In this document: positions 9,350 through 20,225 of the stretch, piece by piece
Position numbering within the stretch: the first letter of the stretch is position 1
Layout of the letters: each line of letters starts with the position of its first letter
Assembly: GCA_020057295.1 (NCBI GenBank)
Contig: JAGVGF010000006.1
Span: 32,001-96,000 of the forward strand
Direction of reading: 5' to 3'
Length of the DNA stretch: 64,000 nucleotides
From: an archaeon
GTDB taxonomy: Archaea > Nanobdellota > Nanobdellia > Woesearchaeales > UBA9642
Program-made: the position numbers and the translations under genes
Notes under the pieces: model-generated
Database searches by the model: none
Told to the model about the DNA's origin: nothing
Seen by the model: the letters and a program-made list of their open reading frames with translations, nothing else

Positions 9350-11173
9350 ATGGAATTAGAACAATATTTGGAACGCGACATAATAACATTCTTAGATAGT
9401 AAAATGGATAAGGATGAAAAAAATGTAATTGATAGAGAGGAAGATTACGGATTATATTTAACAAGAGATTACCTTAAAGACATATCTTATGCATTAGATA
9501 ATGATGAATTAACTAAAGCAAAAAAATTATTCGATGAATTGAAAATAAACTATAGCAGACTTCCTAAAAATAGTGTAGAGCGTAAAAAGATTTATTCTAT
9601 ATTAGAAAAAATGTATGAAAAAATACAAAATTATGTTAAAATCAAGGAAGGAAAAATAGAAATTATAAGACAGGGCGATAGTGAAATATTTAAGGATAAA
9701 ACAGATAAATTTACAGAGCTAAATACCGGATCACCAACCGTTGAAGAGTCTAAACCAGAAGTATCCATGCCTGTAAAGCAACAACCAGACAATACAGTAA
9801 GACCTCAGAAACATAAAAATGTTGAAGAAGATAAAATATTCGTTACAAGTAAAGGCAAGATAATTAATTCTAAAAGTTCTACAACACCTATAGAATCTAA
9901 TATCACAGAAAGCAGTATAAAGAATTCAAAAAAGGATAATATAAAGTATTATGATGAAAAAACAGAATCTGAAAAAGAAGGCGATATTAGTAGCTTAAAT
10001 GTTTTTGTTAAAAGTAAATCGGAAACTCCTATTTTTAATCAATCTTCAAGTAATATCACAGAGAAAGAGAATAAACATTTAATGCGTAACGAATATAGAG
10101 AACATTCATTTAAGGAAATTCCTAGAACTCCAAGATATTCTGAGGAGAAATCTCTGGATTTAGAACATCTAAAAAACGACATAATAAATAAAACAGTTGA
10201 ACAGGTTGAAAAATTAAAGACACACATTACTGAAAAATTGTTAGATGAGATTAAGAAAAAATTAGAAGAAGAGAACAACATACAGAATCAGAAAATCGAG
10301 CAACTAAAACAAGAAATAGTCGCTCAAGCAATGAATGAGATACGTAAAAAAATTGATCAGGAGAAACGTTCAGAAACTCATAAAATTGATTTAATAAAAA
10401 ACGAGATACTTAGTGAAGTATTCGAAAAAGCACAGACAATGATTGCTATTAATGATAAACAACATAATGCTGATCCGAACAATCGTGTTGTTGTTGAACA
10501 TTATCGTATTGAAAGTCCTACATTAAATATACCCGCTCTTGATCGCAGCGATATCATAAGATTTACTAAACCATTAAAAGCTGAAGAGCATAATAAGAAA
10601 GAAAACACTAGCGATATTAAGAATAATTTGATAGATATCAACAAATATTCTGATAATCAATTACAGATAGTTTATGAACAGGCAGTATACCATATGTTTA
10701 ATGATAAGTATGAGGATGCTGCTAAACTTTTTAGAAAAATAATTAATTTACAACCAAATAATAAAGCTGCAAGAATTAGATTACAAGAATGTTTAGACAA
10801 GGAACCAGAGCTAATGAATAATACAGAAGTTGCTGATGATAAAATTATTCAGCCACTAATTAAGATACAGAAGACCGCACATCATAAGGATCCAGTAATT
10901 AAAGAGTATGATGTTGAAGATTTTAAAAGCGACATGACTGAACATGCACATAAAATGACGAAGAAAATCGAAGAAATTCATAAGAACAGGCTTAGACATA
11001 AATATTCTGATGAAGAAATACAAAAATTATATGAGGAAGCCATATATACAATGTTCCAAAATAATTATGGAGAAGCCAAGGAACTTTTTGAAAAATTATT
11101 AGAGATTAGGCCTGAAAATAGGGCTGCTAAGATTAGATTACAAGAATGTTTAGAGGCGATGAGTAATGCTTGA
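9350..11173 (+). CDS. Coiled-coil/TPR protein with duplicated TPR module
   Basis: Two copies of KYSDxxxQxxYExAxYxMFxxxYxxAxxLFxKxxxxxPxNxAAxIRLQECL. Confidence 0.7.
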   Translation: MELEQYLERDIITFLDSKMDKDEKNVIDREEDYGLYLTRDYLKDISYALDNDELTKAKKLFDELKINYSRLPKNSVERKKIYSILEKMYEKIQNYVKIKEGKIEIIRQGDSEIFKDKTDKFTELNTGSPTVEESKPEVSMPVKQQPDNTVRPQKHKNVEEDKIFVTSKGKIINSKSSTTPIESNITESSIKNSKKDNIKYYDEKTESEKEGDISSLNVFVKSKSETPIFNQSSSNITEKENKHLMRNEYREHSFKEIPRTPRYSEEKSLDLEHLKNDIINKTVEQVEKLKTHITEKLLDEIKKKLEEENNIQNQKIEQLKQEIVAQAMNEIRKKIDQEKRSETHKIDLIKNEILSEVFEKAQTMIAINDKQHNADPNNRVVVEHYRIESPTLNIPALDRSDIIRFTKPLKAEEHNKKENTSDIKNNLIDINKYSDNQLQIVYEQAVYHMFNDKYEDAAKLFRKIINLQPNNKAARIRLQECLDKEPELMNNTEVADDKIIQPLIKIQKTAHHKDPVIKEYDVEDFKSDMTEHAHKMTKKIEEIHKNRLRHKYSDEEIQKLYEEAIYTMFQNNYGEAKELFEKLLEIRPENRAAKIRLQECLEAMSNA

Positions 11174-12659
11174 AACAAGTTATCCTACACAATTTGAAGA
11201 GACTAAAAAAGACAAGAAAGTAGAAACATACCTTGATAAGTATAAACTAAAGATTAACGATATACTTGTTGAAATTAATATAGTTCTTTATGAAGATGAG
11301 CCTACACCAAAGTATATGGTTTCATTAACTAATATAAGCGATGCTACTAAACTTATACTGGAAAAAATTAGACAAGAATTTATCTCTAGAGTAGATTCTA
11401 AACAGATTGAAAATGCAAATAATGCCAATGAAAGTAAAGATAAATTTCAATCGGAAATCACAACGCTTATTAAAAAATATTTTCCATCAGCCAACGAAGA
11501 AACAACTAACATGTTAGTAAATTATATTATACAAGAAAATCTTGGATTAGGAAAAATTGAAATATTATTGAAGGATATATTTTTAGAAGAAATTGTTGTT
11601 AATAATCATTCTGAAGCGCTATGGGTATATCATAAAAAACACGGATGGTTAATGACTAATATTAAATTAATAACTGAAGCTAAGATCAGACATTATGCTA
11701 CGATGATTGGTAGAGAAGTTGGTAAAGAAATTACTACATTAAGTCCATTAATGGATGCACACTTAAGTACAGGAGATAGGGTAAATTCTACACTATATCC
11801 TATCTCGAGTAAGGGTAACACAATTACAATAAGAAAGTTCTCCGCAGACCCTTGGACAATTACTAAATTCATTAAAGATAATACATTATCTGTCGAAGCT
11901 GCAGCATTTATATGGTTGGCTGTACAGAATGAATTATCAGTACTTGTTGCAGGAGGTACTGGTTCTGGTAAGACAAGTATGTTGAATGTTGTTGCAAATT
12001 TTTTCCCGCCTAATCAACGTATATTAAGTATTGAAGATACTCGAGAATTGACTCTGCCAAGTAATTTACATTGGGTTCCTATGGAGACAAGACTTCCTAA
12101 TCCTGAAGGTAAAGGAGAAATTACGATGCTTGACTTGCTTGTTAATAGTTTAAGAATGAGACCAGATAGAATATTAGTCGGAGAAATTAGAAGACAAAAG
12201 GAAGCGCAAGTAGTTTTAGAGGCAATGCACACCGGACATTCAGTATACGCAACTATTCACGCTAACAATGCTGATGAAGTTATTGTTAGATTAACTAATC
12301 CTCCTATTGATATTCCTAAACCAATGATTTCTTCACTTTCAATAATAATTGCACAGTCTAGGAACAGAAGAACTGGTAAGAGAAGAACATTACAAATCGC
12401 TGAAGTAACATCAACTGGTGATGCACGCATATTAATGCAACTAAATGTTGGTGAGGATAAATTAGAAAAAATGAGTGATTCCGAGGCAGTACTCGAGAGG
12501 CTAAAACTTTACACAGGTTTGAGTGCTGAAAATATCGCTAAAGATTTAGAGCAAAAAACTAGAATATTGAAATGGCTTGTCAAAAATAATATTGAAAACG
12601 TTGATAAGATTGGTGCAGTAATGTCAAGATATTATTTAGGAAACTTAAAAATAGATTAA
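11166..12659 (+). CDS. Type IV pilus assembly ATPase (CpaF/TadA/VirB11 family)
   Basis: GGTGSGKT, SIEDTRE, LRMRPDRILVGEIR, MHTGH. Confidence 0.95.
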   Translation: MLETSYPTQFEETKKDKKVETYLDKYKLKINDILVEINIVLYEDEPTPKYMVSLTNISDATKLILEKIRQEFISRVDSKQIENANNANESKDKFQSEITTLIKKYFPSANEETTNMLVNYIIQENLGLGKIEILLKDIFLEEIVVNNHSEALWVYHKKHGWLMTNIKLITEAKIRHYATMIGREVGKEITTLSPLMDAHLSTGDRVNSTLYPISSKGNTITIRKFSADPWTITKFIKDNTLSVEAAAFIWLAVQNELSVLVAGGTGSGKTSMLNVVANFFPPNQRILSIEDTRELTLPSNLHWVPMETRLPNPEGKGEITMLDLLVNSLRMRPDRILVGEIRRQKEAQVVLEAMHTGHSVYATIHANNADEVIVRLTNPPIDIPKPMISSLSIIIAQSRNRRTGKRRTLQIAEVTSTGDARILMQLNVGEDKLEKMSDSEAVLERLKLYTGLSAENIAKDLEQKTRILKWLVKNNIENVDKIGAVMSRYYLGNLKID

Positions 12660-12726
12660 ATTATAAGAAATTCACAATCAATAGTAATGTTAAATCATTA
12701 AAAAAAAATATTTTTTGAGGTGTTAG

Positions 12727-13536
12727 ATGGGGTTTGCGCAAAGTTTGGCATTACAGATGCCAGACTTGAAGGATAAAATAAGAAGCGCAGGTATACATAA
12801 GAAACCTGCGGAATTTGTTGACGAATCATTAAAAAATGCTTTCTTCATGTCAATAATGATTAGTGTTCTATCAATATTTTTAATACTACAAAATGAACTC
12901 TCCATATTGATGGTTTTTGTAGTATTTATAATAAGTTTTGCAATATTATTTTTTTTAATGCTTAAAAGATTAGACGTAGCTATCAGTAAAAGGGAAAAAG
13001 AGATTGACAAAGATGTTTTGTTTGCTGGAAGATTTTTACTTGTAAAATTGAACAGCGGCAAACCTTTAATTAACGCATTATTTGATGCATCCCAAAGTTA
13101 TGGCGTTGCAGGCAGTTATTTCCAAGAGATTGTTGAAGATATAAAAATGGGCACCCCATTAGAAGAAGCTTTAGAAAGAGCATATAAGACCACTCCTTCG
13201 AAAAGATTTAAAAAAATATTATTTCAGATTAATAATGCATTAAAAATTGGTGTAGATGTATCTCAACCACTAGAAGCAATATTACAAGAGATATCGGGTG
13301 AACAATTACTCGAAATTCAAAAATATGGTAAGAAATTAAATTCTGTAATAATGTTTTATTTATTGCTAGCAATTGTTGTACCATCACTAGGAATAACATT
13401 ATTTAGCATAGTCGCATCTATGATGTCGCTAAAACTTGATTTAATAGCATTTGTTGGAATATTGGCCGCATTAGTTATTGTGCAATTCATATTTATTGGA
13501 ATGATAAAAGGAATCAGACCTAATTTGAACATTTAA
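12727..13536 (+). CDS. Type II secretion system F family (TadB/TadC-like) membrane platform protein
   Basis: LNSGKPLINAL...GTPLEEALE pattern, TM helices, follows the ATPase. Confidence 0.9.
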   Translation: MGFAQSLALQMPDLKDKIRSAGIHKKPAEFVDESLKNAFFMSIMISVLSIFLILQNELSILMVFVVFIISFAILFFLMLKRLDVAISKREKEIDKDVLFAGRFLLVKLNSGKPLINALFDASQSYGVAGSYFQEIVEDIKMGTPLEEALERAYKTTPSKRFKKILFQINNALKIGVDVSQPLEAILQEISGEQLLEIQKYGKKLNSVIMFYLLLAIVVPSLGITLFSIVASMMSLKLDLIAFVGILAALVIVQFIFIGMIKGIRPNLNI

Positions 13537-13584
13537 TTAAACAATCATTAATAAAATTAAAAAATTTAGATATTGGAGACGTAA

Positions 13585-14625
13585 ATGGTTTTATTTGCTG
13601 AAGAGTTCGGAAAGGCATTCATATTCAAAAAGTTCAGACCTAAGATTAGAAGTTTCTTTCTAAAAGCAGGATATGAAGATGTACCTTACGAATTATTTGG
13701 AATATTATTCTATATATCATTAGTGCTAACATATTTTATCTACATATTAGCTATATATCCAAAAATCACAACACTTCCAGATAACGGCGGATTAACTTTG
13801 ATGTTGTTAACTTTTATAAGTTGGGTAATTGTTCAGATAATAATTCTATTTACTATTATTATGTATATGTATATTAGTCTGAATATTAAAGTATATTCAA
13901 GAACTAAAAATATAGAATACATTTTACCAGATTATTTGCAGATTGTGTCTTCAAATTTGAAAGGAGGACTATCTTTTGAGAAGGCGTTATGGTCTGCTAT
14001 CAAACCAGAATTCGGCGTTATAGCTAAAGAAATAACCATGGTCTCCAAGAAAGTAATGACAGGAAATGACTTGGTTGAAGCTTTAGAGGAATTTACTGAA
14101 AAATATGATTCACCGATTCTTAAAAGATCTTTTGATTTAATTATTGGAGAAGTCGAGAGCGGTGGTAAAATTGCAGAAATAGTTGATAGAGTTATTGATA
14201 ATATTAGAAAAACTAAAGCATTAAAAGAGGAAATGAACGCGGCAACTACTACTTACATGATATTTATCGGAGCTATAGTTATTGTTATCGCTCCAGGATT
14301 ATTCGCGCTATCATATTATTTATTGCATGTAATGATTGGTTTCAGTTCACAATTATCTTCGCTTAATAGTGCCAACATGCCTATCAGTTTTTCTTCTGAT
14401 AGTGTGAAACCTGAAGATTTTAAGACATTTGCCATAGCAGCCGTAATTATTACTTCATTTTTTTCATCATTAATAACTTCGCTTATAGAAAAAGGAGATT
14501 TTAAAGGAGGAATTAAATATATTCCAGTATTTATGGTTTCATCAGTATTATTCTACTTTATATTTTTAGCAATATTCGGATATTTTTTCGGAGGAATAAC
14601 TCCTACAGGAGCAGGATTAACTTAA
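13585..14625 (+). CDS. Type II secretion system F family (TadC-like) membrane platform protein
   Basis: LPDYLQIVSSNLKGGLSFEKAL...ESGGKIAEI. Confidence 0.9.
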   Translation: MVLFAEEFGKAFIFKKFRPKIRSFFLKAGYEDVPYELFGILFYISLVLTYFIYILAIYPKITTLPDNGGLTLMLLTFISWVIVQIIILFTIIMYMYISLNIKVYSRTKNIEYILPDYLQIVSSNLKGGLSFEKALWSAIKPEFGVIAKEITMVSKKVMTGNDLVEALEEFTEKYDSPILKRSFDLIIGEVESGGKIAEIVDRVIDNIRKTKALKEEMNAATTTYMIFIGAIVIVIAPGLFALSYYLLHVMIGFSSQLSSLNSANMPISFSSDSVKPEDFKTFAIAAVIITSFFSSLITSLIEKGDFKGGIKYIPVFMVSSVLFYFIFLAIFGYFFGGITPTGAGLT

Positions 14626-14719
14626 AATATAATTGCATAACATTGTTAATATCAAATAATAAGAAATAATCAAATTATAAATGTAAAAATTTATAAAATA
14701 CTAAACCAAAGGTGTAATC

Positions 14720-15181
14720 ATGTATAATAAAAAAGGTCAAGCAGCCATTGAATTTCTAGTTACATACGGTTGGGCTATAATGGCGGCAATGATTGTTATT
14801 GCAGCATTAACATATTTTGGAGTTACAAACCCTGCTACATCTCTTCCTGATAAATGTATATTCTCTAACGGTTTTGATTGTAAAGATTTTAGATTAACAG
14901 CTAGTCAAGCACAGCTTCAATTAACTAATGGTTTGGGACAAACCATGTTTACACTTTCATCAAAAACTACAGAAAATGGAGTTGCATGCACAATAAATGG
15001 TGCAGCCAGTATAGGACAACTAGATCCTGAAGAGACTATGAGCGTGGTATGTAGTACTCTTCCAAATGCTCCTTTTAATGTTCGTGAAAAAGGGAAAGTC
15101 AAAGTTTCTATTAATTATTTAAAAACTGTAGGCGGATATAATCAAGTATCATTAGGAGAATTATATGCCATAGTGCAGTAG
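14720..15181 (+). CDS. Type IV pilin
   Basis: KKG|QAAIEFLVTYGWAI class III signal. Confidence 0.9.
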   Translation: MYNKKGQAAIEFLVTYGWAIMAAMIVIAALTYFGVTNPATSLPDKCIFSNGFDCKDFRLTASQAQLQLTNGLGQTMFTLSSKTTENGVACTINGAASIGQLDPEETMSVVCSTLPNAPFNVREKGKVKVSINYLKTVGGYNQVSLGELYAIVQ

Positions 15182-15200
15182 AGATGAGTAAAAATTCAAA

Positions 15201-15647
15201 ATGATTAAATTAACTAAAGGTCAAGCAGCATTAGAATTTATGCTAACATACGGATGGGCATTACTTGTACTTGGGGCACTAATTGCTGGATTAGCATATT
15301 TTATGCCTCATCCTAAGTCATTATTACCAGATAAGTGCGTATTCGGTGCAATAACACCATGTTTAGGTGTACAATTAACAGATGCAGAACTAATAATGGT
15401 GTTAAGAAATAGTGCAGGTCAAACATTATACGATTTTAATGCTACAACCATAATGCCTAAAAATGTTAAATGTAATGTTATGGGATTATCACAAGCAGAT
15501 ATACCTGTAGATCAAAGATTTAATATCACATGCAATAATGCTATCTTAGGTTTTAAAGATGATACTAGAGTTAGGATATTAATAACATACAAAAAAATTA
15601 GGGGCGGATTAGACCAAACAGAGATAGGTGAAGTATATGCGAAATAG
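15201..15647 (+). CDS. Type IV pilin
   Basis: TKG|QAALEFMLTYGWAL. Confidence 0.9.
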   Translation: MIKLTKGQAALEFMLTYGWALLVLGALIAGLAYFMPHPKSLLPDKCVFGAITPCLGVQLTDAELIMVLRNSAGQTLYDFNATTIMPKNVKCNVMGLSQADIPVDQRFNITCNNAILGFKDDTRVRILITYKKIRGGLDQTEIGEVYAK

Positions 15648-16131
15648 GGGTCAAGCAGCAATAGAATTTCTAGTTACATACGGTTGGGCTATATTAGGAG
15701 TTTTGATAGTTATAAGTATGCTTGGATATTTTGGAATATTTAATACTCAAAGATATGTCAATGATGTATGCTATTTTGGTGATCAAATGACGTGTGAAGA
15801 TTATATATTATATAATGATTCATGGACTAATGTTACTCTAAGAAATAATTTTGGTGTAGCAGTAAGCATTAATGGAGTAACAGCAAAATCTGATTATGGG
15901 ACAGTGAGTTGTTTAAGTTCAATTCCAACTACAGGAAACGCTATTCCAAGAACCAACATACCTCCAAGTAATACTTTTGAATTAAGCTGTAAAATATATG
16001 ATATTGCAGGTGCAAGATTACCAATAAATAATAAAATAAGGTATAGAATGATTGTGGAATTTAATAGAACTGGATCAAATAATGCTCATAATCAAACAGG
16101 AGATTTAACAGTAACCGTACAGAAAAAATAA
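15637..16131 (+). CDS. Type IV pilin
   Basis: MRNRG|QAAIEFLVTYGWAI; ATG at 15637 after ggtga. Confidence 0.9.
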   Translation: MRNRGQAAIEFLVTYGWAILGVLIVISMLGYFGIFNTQRYVNDVCYFGDQMTCEDYILYNDSWTNVTLRNNFGVAVSINGVTAKSDYGTVSCLSSIPTTGNAIPRTNIPPSNTFELSCKIYDIAGARLPINNKIRYRMIVEFNRTGSNNAHNQTGDLTVTVQKK

Positions 16132-16297
16132 TACCATAATATACGCAGAGACATTTATCTTTCACAAATCAAAATATTTATAAACAATTAACGATTACCT
16201 TGATTAACGAAATCGTTCTAAGATTTAATGATCAAGAAGTAATTGGAAAGCAAAGGCGATAAACATTGTTAAAATGTTGAAAAGTAAAGGTGATTAC

Positions 16298-16921
16298 ATG
16301 GAACAGATTAAGACAGGAACAACTACACTAGGTCTAGTATGTAAGGATGCTGTAATACTTGGTGCAGATAATCGTATTACTGCAGGAAGTTTTATTGCAG
16401 GTAAAGATTTTGATAAAGTTATACAAATCAATGAAAATATTGCTGTAACTGTTGCTGGTTCTGTGAGTGATATTCAGATGTTTGTTAAAATGTTTAGAGC
16501 AGAATTAAAATTAAAGAGTATGAAGACTAATAGAACTATAAACGTTAAAGAAGCAGCAAATTTTGCTGCAAGAATAAGCTATGAAAATGCTAGATCATAT
16601 TTTCCAAGCATCGCGCATTTACTAATTGGAGGATATGATAATACGGGTCCAAGAGTTTATGAAGTTCATATGGATGGATGTATACTAGATATTAAAGAGT
16701 ATGTAAGTACTGGTTCTGGTAGTATAATTGTTTATGGAGTATTAGAAAATTCTTATAAAGAAAATATGAGTGTTAAAGATGCTGAAGATTTAGCTGTTAA
16801 AGCTATAGGAGCTGCAATGCAGAGAGATTCAGGTTCAGGTAATGGTCTTATTGTAATGACAATAACTAAAGGAAGTATTAAAAAAACTGTGCAGAAAAAG
16901 GTTTCTGGAAATCTTGTATAA
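16298..16921 (+). CDS. psmB: Proteasome beta subunit
   Basis: MEQIKTG|TTTLGL, catalytic Thr, STGSGS, RDSGSG; ggtga SD. Confidence 0.95.
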   Translation: MEQIKTGTTTLGLVCKDAVILGADNRITAGSFIAGKDFDKVIQINENIAVTVAGSVSDIQMFVKMFRAELKLKSMKTNRTINVKEAANFAARISYENARSYFPSIAHLLIGGYDNTGPRVYEVHMDGCILDIKEYVSTGSGSIIVYGVLENSYKENMSVKDAEDLAVKAIGAAMQRDSGSGNGLIVMTITKGSIKKTVQKKVSGNLV

Positions 16922-16976
16922 ACATTTTAAGTTATACAATTAAATAAATATAGTGATAGAATTATAGGTGATATAA

Positions 16977-18878
16977 GTGACTAGTGAAATAGTTAAAGAG
17001 ATATTAAAAAGTATACCGGAAGGTAAAATTAGTGATGTAAATTTTGAAGGCGCAAACATTGTTCTTTATACAAAGAAGAAAGAGTTCTTTTTAGATAACG
17101 GCGGTATAATCAAGGGGATTGTTGATGTTATTAAAAAACGTGTAGAATTAAGACCTGATCCAAGTATTTGTCTAGAAATAGAAAAAGCTGAAAAGGCTAT
17201 ACGTAAAGTAGTTCCTGAAGAAGCAAAACTTGGTAATGTAATATTTGATCCTCAAAGATCTATAGTAATTATTGAGTGTGAAAAGCCAGGAATGGCTATT
17301 GGTAAAGACGGTGAAATACTACAAGATATCAAAAAGAAAATTTTATGGGTTCCAGTTATTAGAAGAACTCCTGCAATAAAATCTCAACTTATTGAAAATA
17401 TTCGTGAAGTATTATATCAGAATAACGATTATCGTAGAAAATTCTTACACAAGACAGGAGAGAGAATATATAATGGATGGTTACGTCGACAGAAAAAAGA
17501 AGAATGGGTCAGATTAACATATTTAGGAAGCGGTAGAGAAGTAGGCAGATCATGTATATTACTACAAACTCCAGAATCAAGAATATTGCTTGATTGTGGA
17601 ATGAACATGGGTGCTGATACTCCAGAAACAATGTATCCATATATGGAAGCTCCAGAATTTAATATTTCACAACTTGATGCGGTAATTATTTCACACTCAC
17701 ATCTTGATCATTGCGCGTTAGTTCCTTACTTATTCAAGTTCGGATATAGGGGACCTGTATATTGTACAGCTCCAACACGAGATATAATGGCATTACTACA
17801 ATTAGACTTTGTTAAAATCCAACGTGAAGATGGTAAAGAACCAATATACAATAGTGATGATGTTAGAGAAATGGTTAAACATACAATAACATTAGAATAT
17901 GATGAAGTTGCAGATATAACTCCAGATATTAGAATTACAATGTATAATGCTGGACATATTCTTGGTAGTGCAATGGTTCATATACACATTGGTAACGGAT
18001 TACATAATTTATTATATAGCGCAGATACAAAATACGCTAAAACATCTATGCTAAGTCCTGCAGTAACTCAATTTCCTCGTCTAGAGACTTTAATGATTGA
18101 ATCAACTTATGGTGGTAAAGATAATATTATGCCACCAGCATTAGAAGCAGATGAGTTGCTTGGTCAAAGTATCGGAGAAACAATAAAACGTGGCGGTAAA
18201 GTTCTTATTCCAGTTCTTGGTTCAGGAAGAGCTCAAGAAGTTATAGTGTTAATGGAAAGATTAATCAGAGAGAAGAAAGTTCCTGATGTTCCAATATACA
18301 TTGATGGAATGATATGGGATGTTACAGCGATACATACAGCATATCCTGAATATTTGAATAATGATGTTAGACAACAAATATTTACTAAAGATAATAATCC
18401 ATTCTTAATGCCAAATCTTAAAAGAGTAGGCAGTCAAAAAGAGAGAATACAAATCATTGAAGAGACAGGTTCATGTGTAATACTTGCAACTTCAGGAATG
18501 CTTGTTGGAGGACCATCAGTTCAATACTTCAAAGCCTTAGCAGACAATCCTAAAAATAGTTTAGTATTCTCATCGTATCAAGCTGAAGGATCACTTGGTT
18601 CAAGAGTTCAACGTGGAGAAAGAGAATTCATGTTTAAGAGCGGTCAGCAGGCTGAAGTAGTTAAAGTAAATATGGAAATATTTAAGTTAGAAATTTCTGG
18701 ACACTCTGACAGAAAAGAATTAATGAATTTTGTTGGAAGATGCAATCCAAGACCTAAAAAAATAATAATTAATCACGGCGAGAATTCCAGATGTCTAAAC
18801 TTTGCAAGTTCTATACATAATCAGTACAAGATAGAGACTGTCGCACCAAGAAATCTAGACGCTATCAGAATAAGATAG
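16977..18878 (+). CDS. fttA: Beta-CASP ribonuclease aCPSF1 / transcription termination factor FttA
   Basis: KH domains, GSGREVGRSC, SHSHLDH, AGHILGS, ESTYG, SGHSD, HGE. Confidence 0.95.
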   Translation: MTSEIVKEILKSIPEGKISDVNFEGANIVLYTKKKEFFLDNGGIIKGIVDVIKKRVELRPDPSICLEIEKAEKAIRKVVPEEAKLGNVIFDPQRSIVIIECEKPGMAIGKDGEILQDIKKKILWVPVIRRTPAIKSQLIENIREVLYQNNDYRRKFLHKTGERIYNGWLRRQKKEEWVRLTYLGSGREVGRSCILLQTPESRILLDCGMNMGADTPETMYPYMEAPEFNISQLDAVIISHSHLDHCALVPYLFKFGYRGPVYCTAPTRDIMALLQLDFVKIQREDGKEPIYNSDDVREMVKHTITLEYDEVADITPDIRITMYNAGHILGSAMVHIHIGNGLHNLLYSADTKYAKTSMLSPAVTQFPRLETLMIESTYGGKDNIMPPALEADELLGQSIGETIKRGGKVLIPVLGSGRAQEVIVLMERLIREKKVPDVPIYIDGMIWDVTAIHTAYPEYLNNDVRQQIFTKDNNPFLMPNLKRVGSQKERIQIIEETGSCVILATSGMLVGGPSVQYFKALADNPKNSLVFSSYQAEGSLGSRVQRGEREFMFKSGQQAEVVKVNMEIFKLEISGHSDRKELMNFVGRCNPRPKKIIINHGENSRCLNFASSIHNQYKIETVAPRNLDAIRIR

Positions 18879-18967
18879 ATGATTTTTGACATAATGATAA
18901 TGGAAACATAATTCTTCGTCCCATACTAATAGTAAGATTTATATAGTGGTTTTTATAGATTTAATGT

Positions 18968-19501
18968 ATGGCGATAAAATTAGGCGAACCATTTCCTATT
19001 CTTAATATTCCTCTGACTGTAAGATATAGAGGCGTCTTCGATTATGACGGACTTTATAAGATGATGCATGCGTGGCTAGTCAGTAAAAGATTCGTGTTTC
19101 ATGAAGAAAGTTATAAGGATAAGGCTTCCACTCCAGCAGGTAACGAGATTCAGGCTAAATGGAAGGGAGAGCGTAAAGTTACAGAATTTATCAAAGAATA
19201 CATAAGAATAGAATTTCATTTATGGGATTATGCTGAAGTTGAAATAATAAAAGACGGAAGAAAAATTAAGAGCGGAAAAGCGAGGTTAGAAATAAAGTTT
19301 TTTGCAGATTTAGAATTAGATTACAGTCAGAGGTTCGCTGGCGATGATTTTTCTAAAAGGTTAGGAAAATTCTACGTTGAGAAAATCATATACTGGGATT
19401 GGCGTATAAAATATGCTAATGCTTTAGAATATTTAGTTTATGATCTACACACTAAAGTGAAAAAGTATTTAAACATGGATACTGGTAGTAGTGCATATTA
19501 A
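18968..19501 (+). CDS. Hypothetical protein, paralog of next gene
   Basis: YRGVFDYDGLYKMMHAW shared with the next ORF. Confidence 0.75.
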   Translation: MAIKLGEPFPILNIPLTVRYRGVFDYDGLYKMMHAWLVSKRFVFHEESYKDKASTPAGNEIQAKWKGERKVTEFIKEYIRIEFHLWDYAEVEIIKDGRKIKSGKARLEIKFFADLELDYSQRFAGDDFSKRLGKFYVEKIIYWDWRIKYANALEYLVYDLHTKVKKYLNMDTGSSAY

Positions 19502-19510
19502 CGGTGAATT

Positions 19511-20011
19511 ATGGCTGAAATTAAGACATTAATCGATGGCAAATCTTTATCTTACGAAGGAGTATTTAATATTAAAGAATTGTATAAGATTATTGATACA
19601 TGGTTTAAGGACAGAGGATATGATAAACAGGAAATTAAAAACTGGGAAGATGTTAGTGAGAACGAGAAACAGATAGTTCTAGAGATAATACCTTATAAGA
19701 AAATTTCAGACTATGCAAGAATTGACATTAGAATATTTATGATATTTTCTAGACTTTCAGAGATTGAAGTAGAAAAAGATAATTTAAGATTTAAAATGAA
19801 CAAGGGTCGTGCAGAATTCTACTTCGACGCATATGTAGTCACAGATTATGAGAATAAGTGGCAAACTAGACCCATATTTTTCTTTATAAAAAACATTATT
19901 GAAAAATTTATCTACAGAATGTACACTGTAACATATGATTCTGAAGCCATAAGAGATACTACAGAAATAGAGAACGAAATAAGAAGTTTCCTGAACATGC
20001 AAAGATTCTAG
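19511..20011 (+). CDS. Hypothetical protein, paralog of previous gene
   Basis: YEGVFNIKELYKIIDTW; ggtga SD. Confidence 0.75.
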   Translation: MAEIKTLIDGKSLSYEGVFNIKELYKIIDTWFKDRGYDKQEIKNWEDVSENEKQIVLEIIPYKKISDYARIDIRIFMIFSRLSEIEVEKDNLRFKMNKGRAEFYFDAYVVTDYENKWQTRPIFFFIKNIIEKFIYRMYTVTYDSEAIRDTTEIENEIRSFLNMQRF

Positions 20012-20067
20012 ATTCTATCATTACCTTTAAAAACCGATTATTATTCTTTAATATTAATAGTATTACT

Positions 20068-20149
20068 GCCGTGGTGGCACAACCTGGTACTGCGCAAGCC
20101 TGGAAAGCTTGTTTCGAAAGATTTCCCGGTTCAAATCCGGGCCACGGCG
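20068..20149 (+). tRNA. tRNA-Ser(GGA)
   Basis: GCCGTGG/CCACGGC acceptor, CAAGC-CT-GGA-AA-GCTTG, long variable arm, GGTTCAAATCC, G73; no encoded CCA. Confidence 0.95.
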
Positions 20150-20225
20150 TATATATTTTCTATAAACACATTCAACTCAATACATTTTAGGAATATTTAA
20201 AAACGACATCTAATACAGCTTCTAT

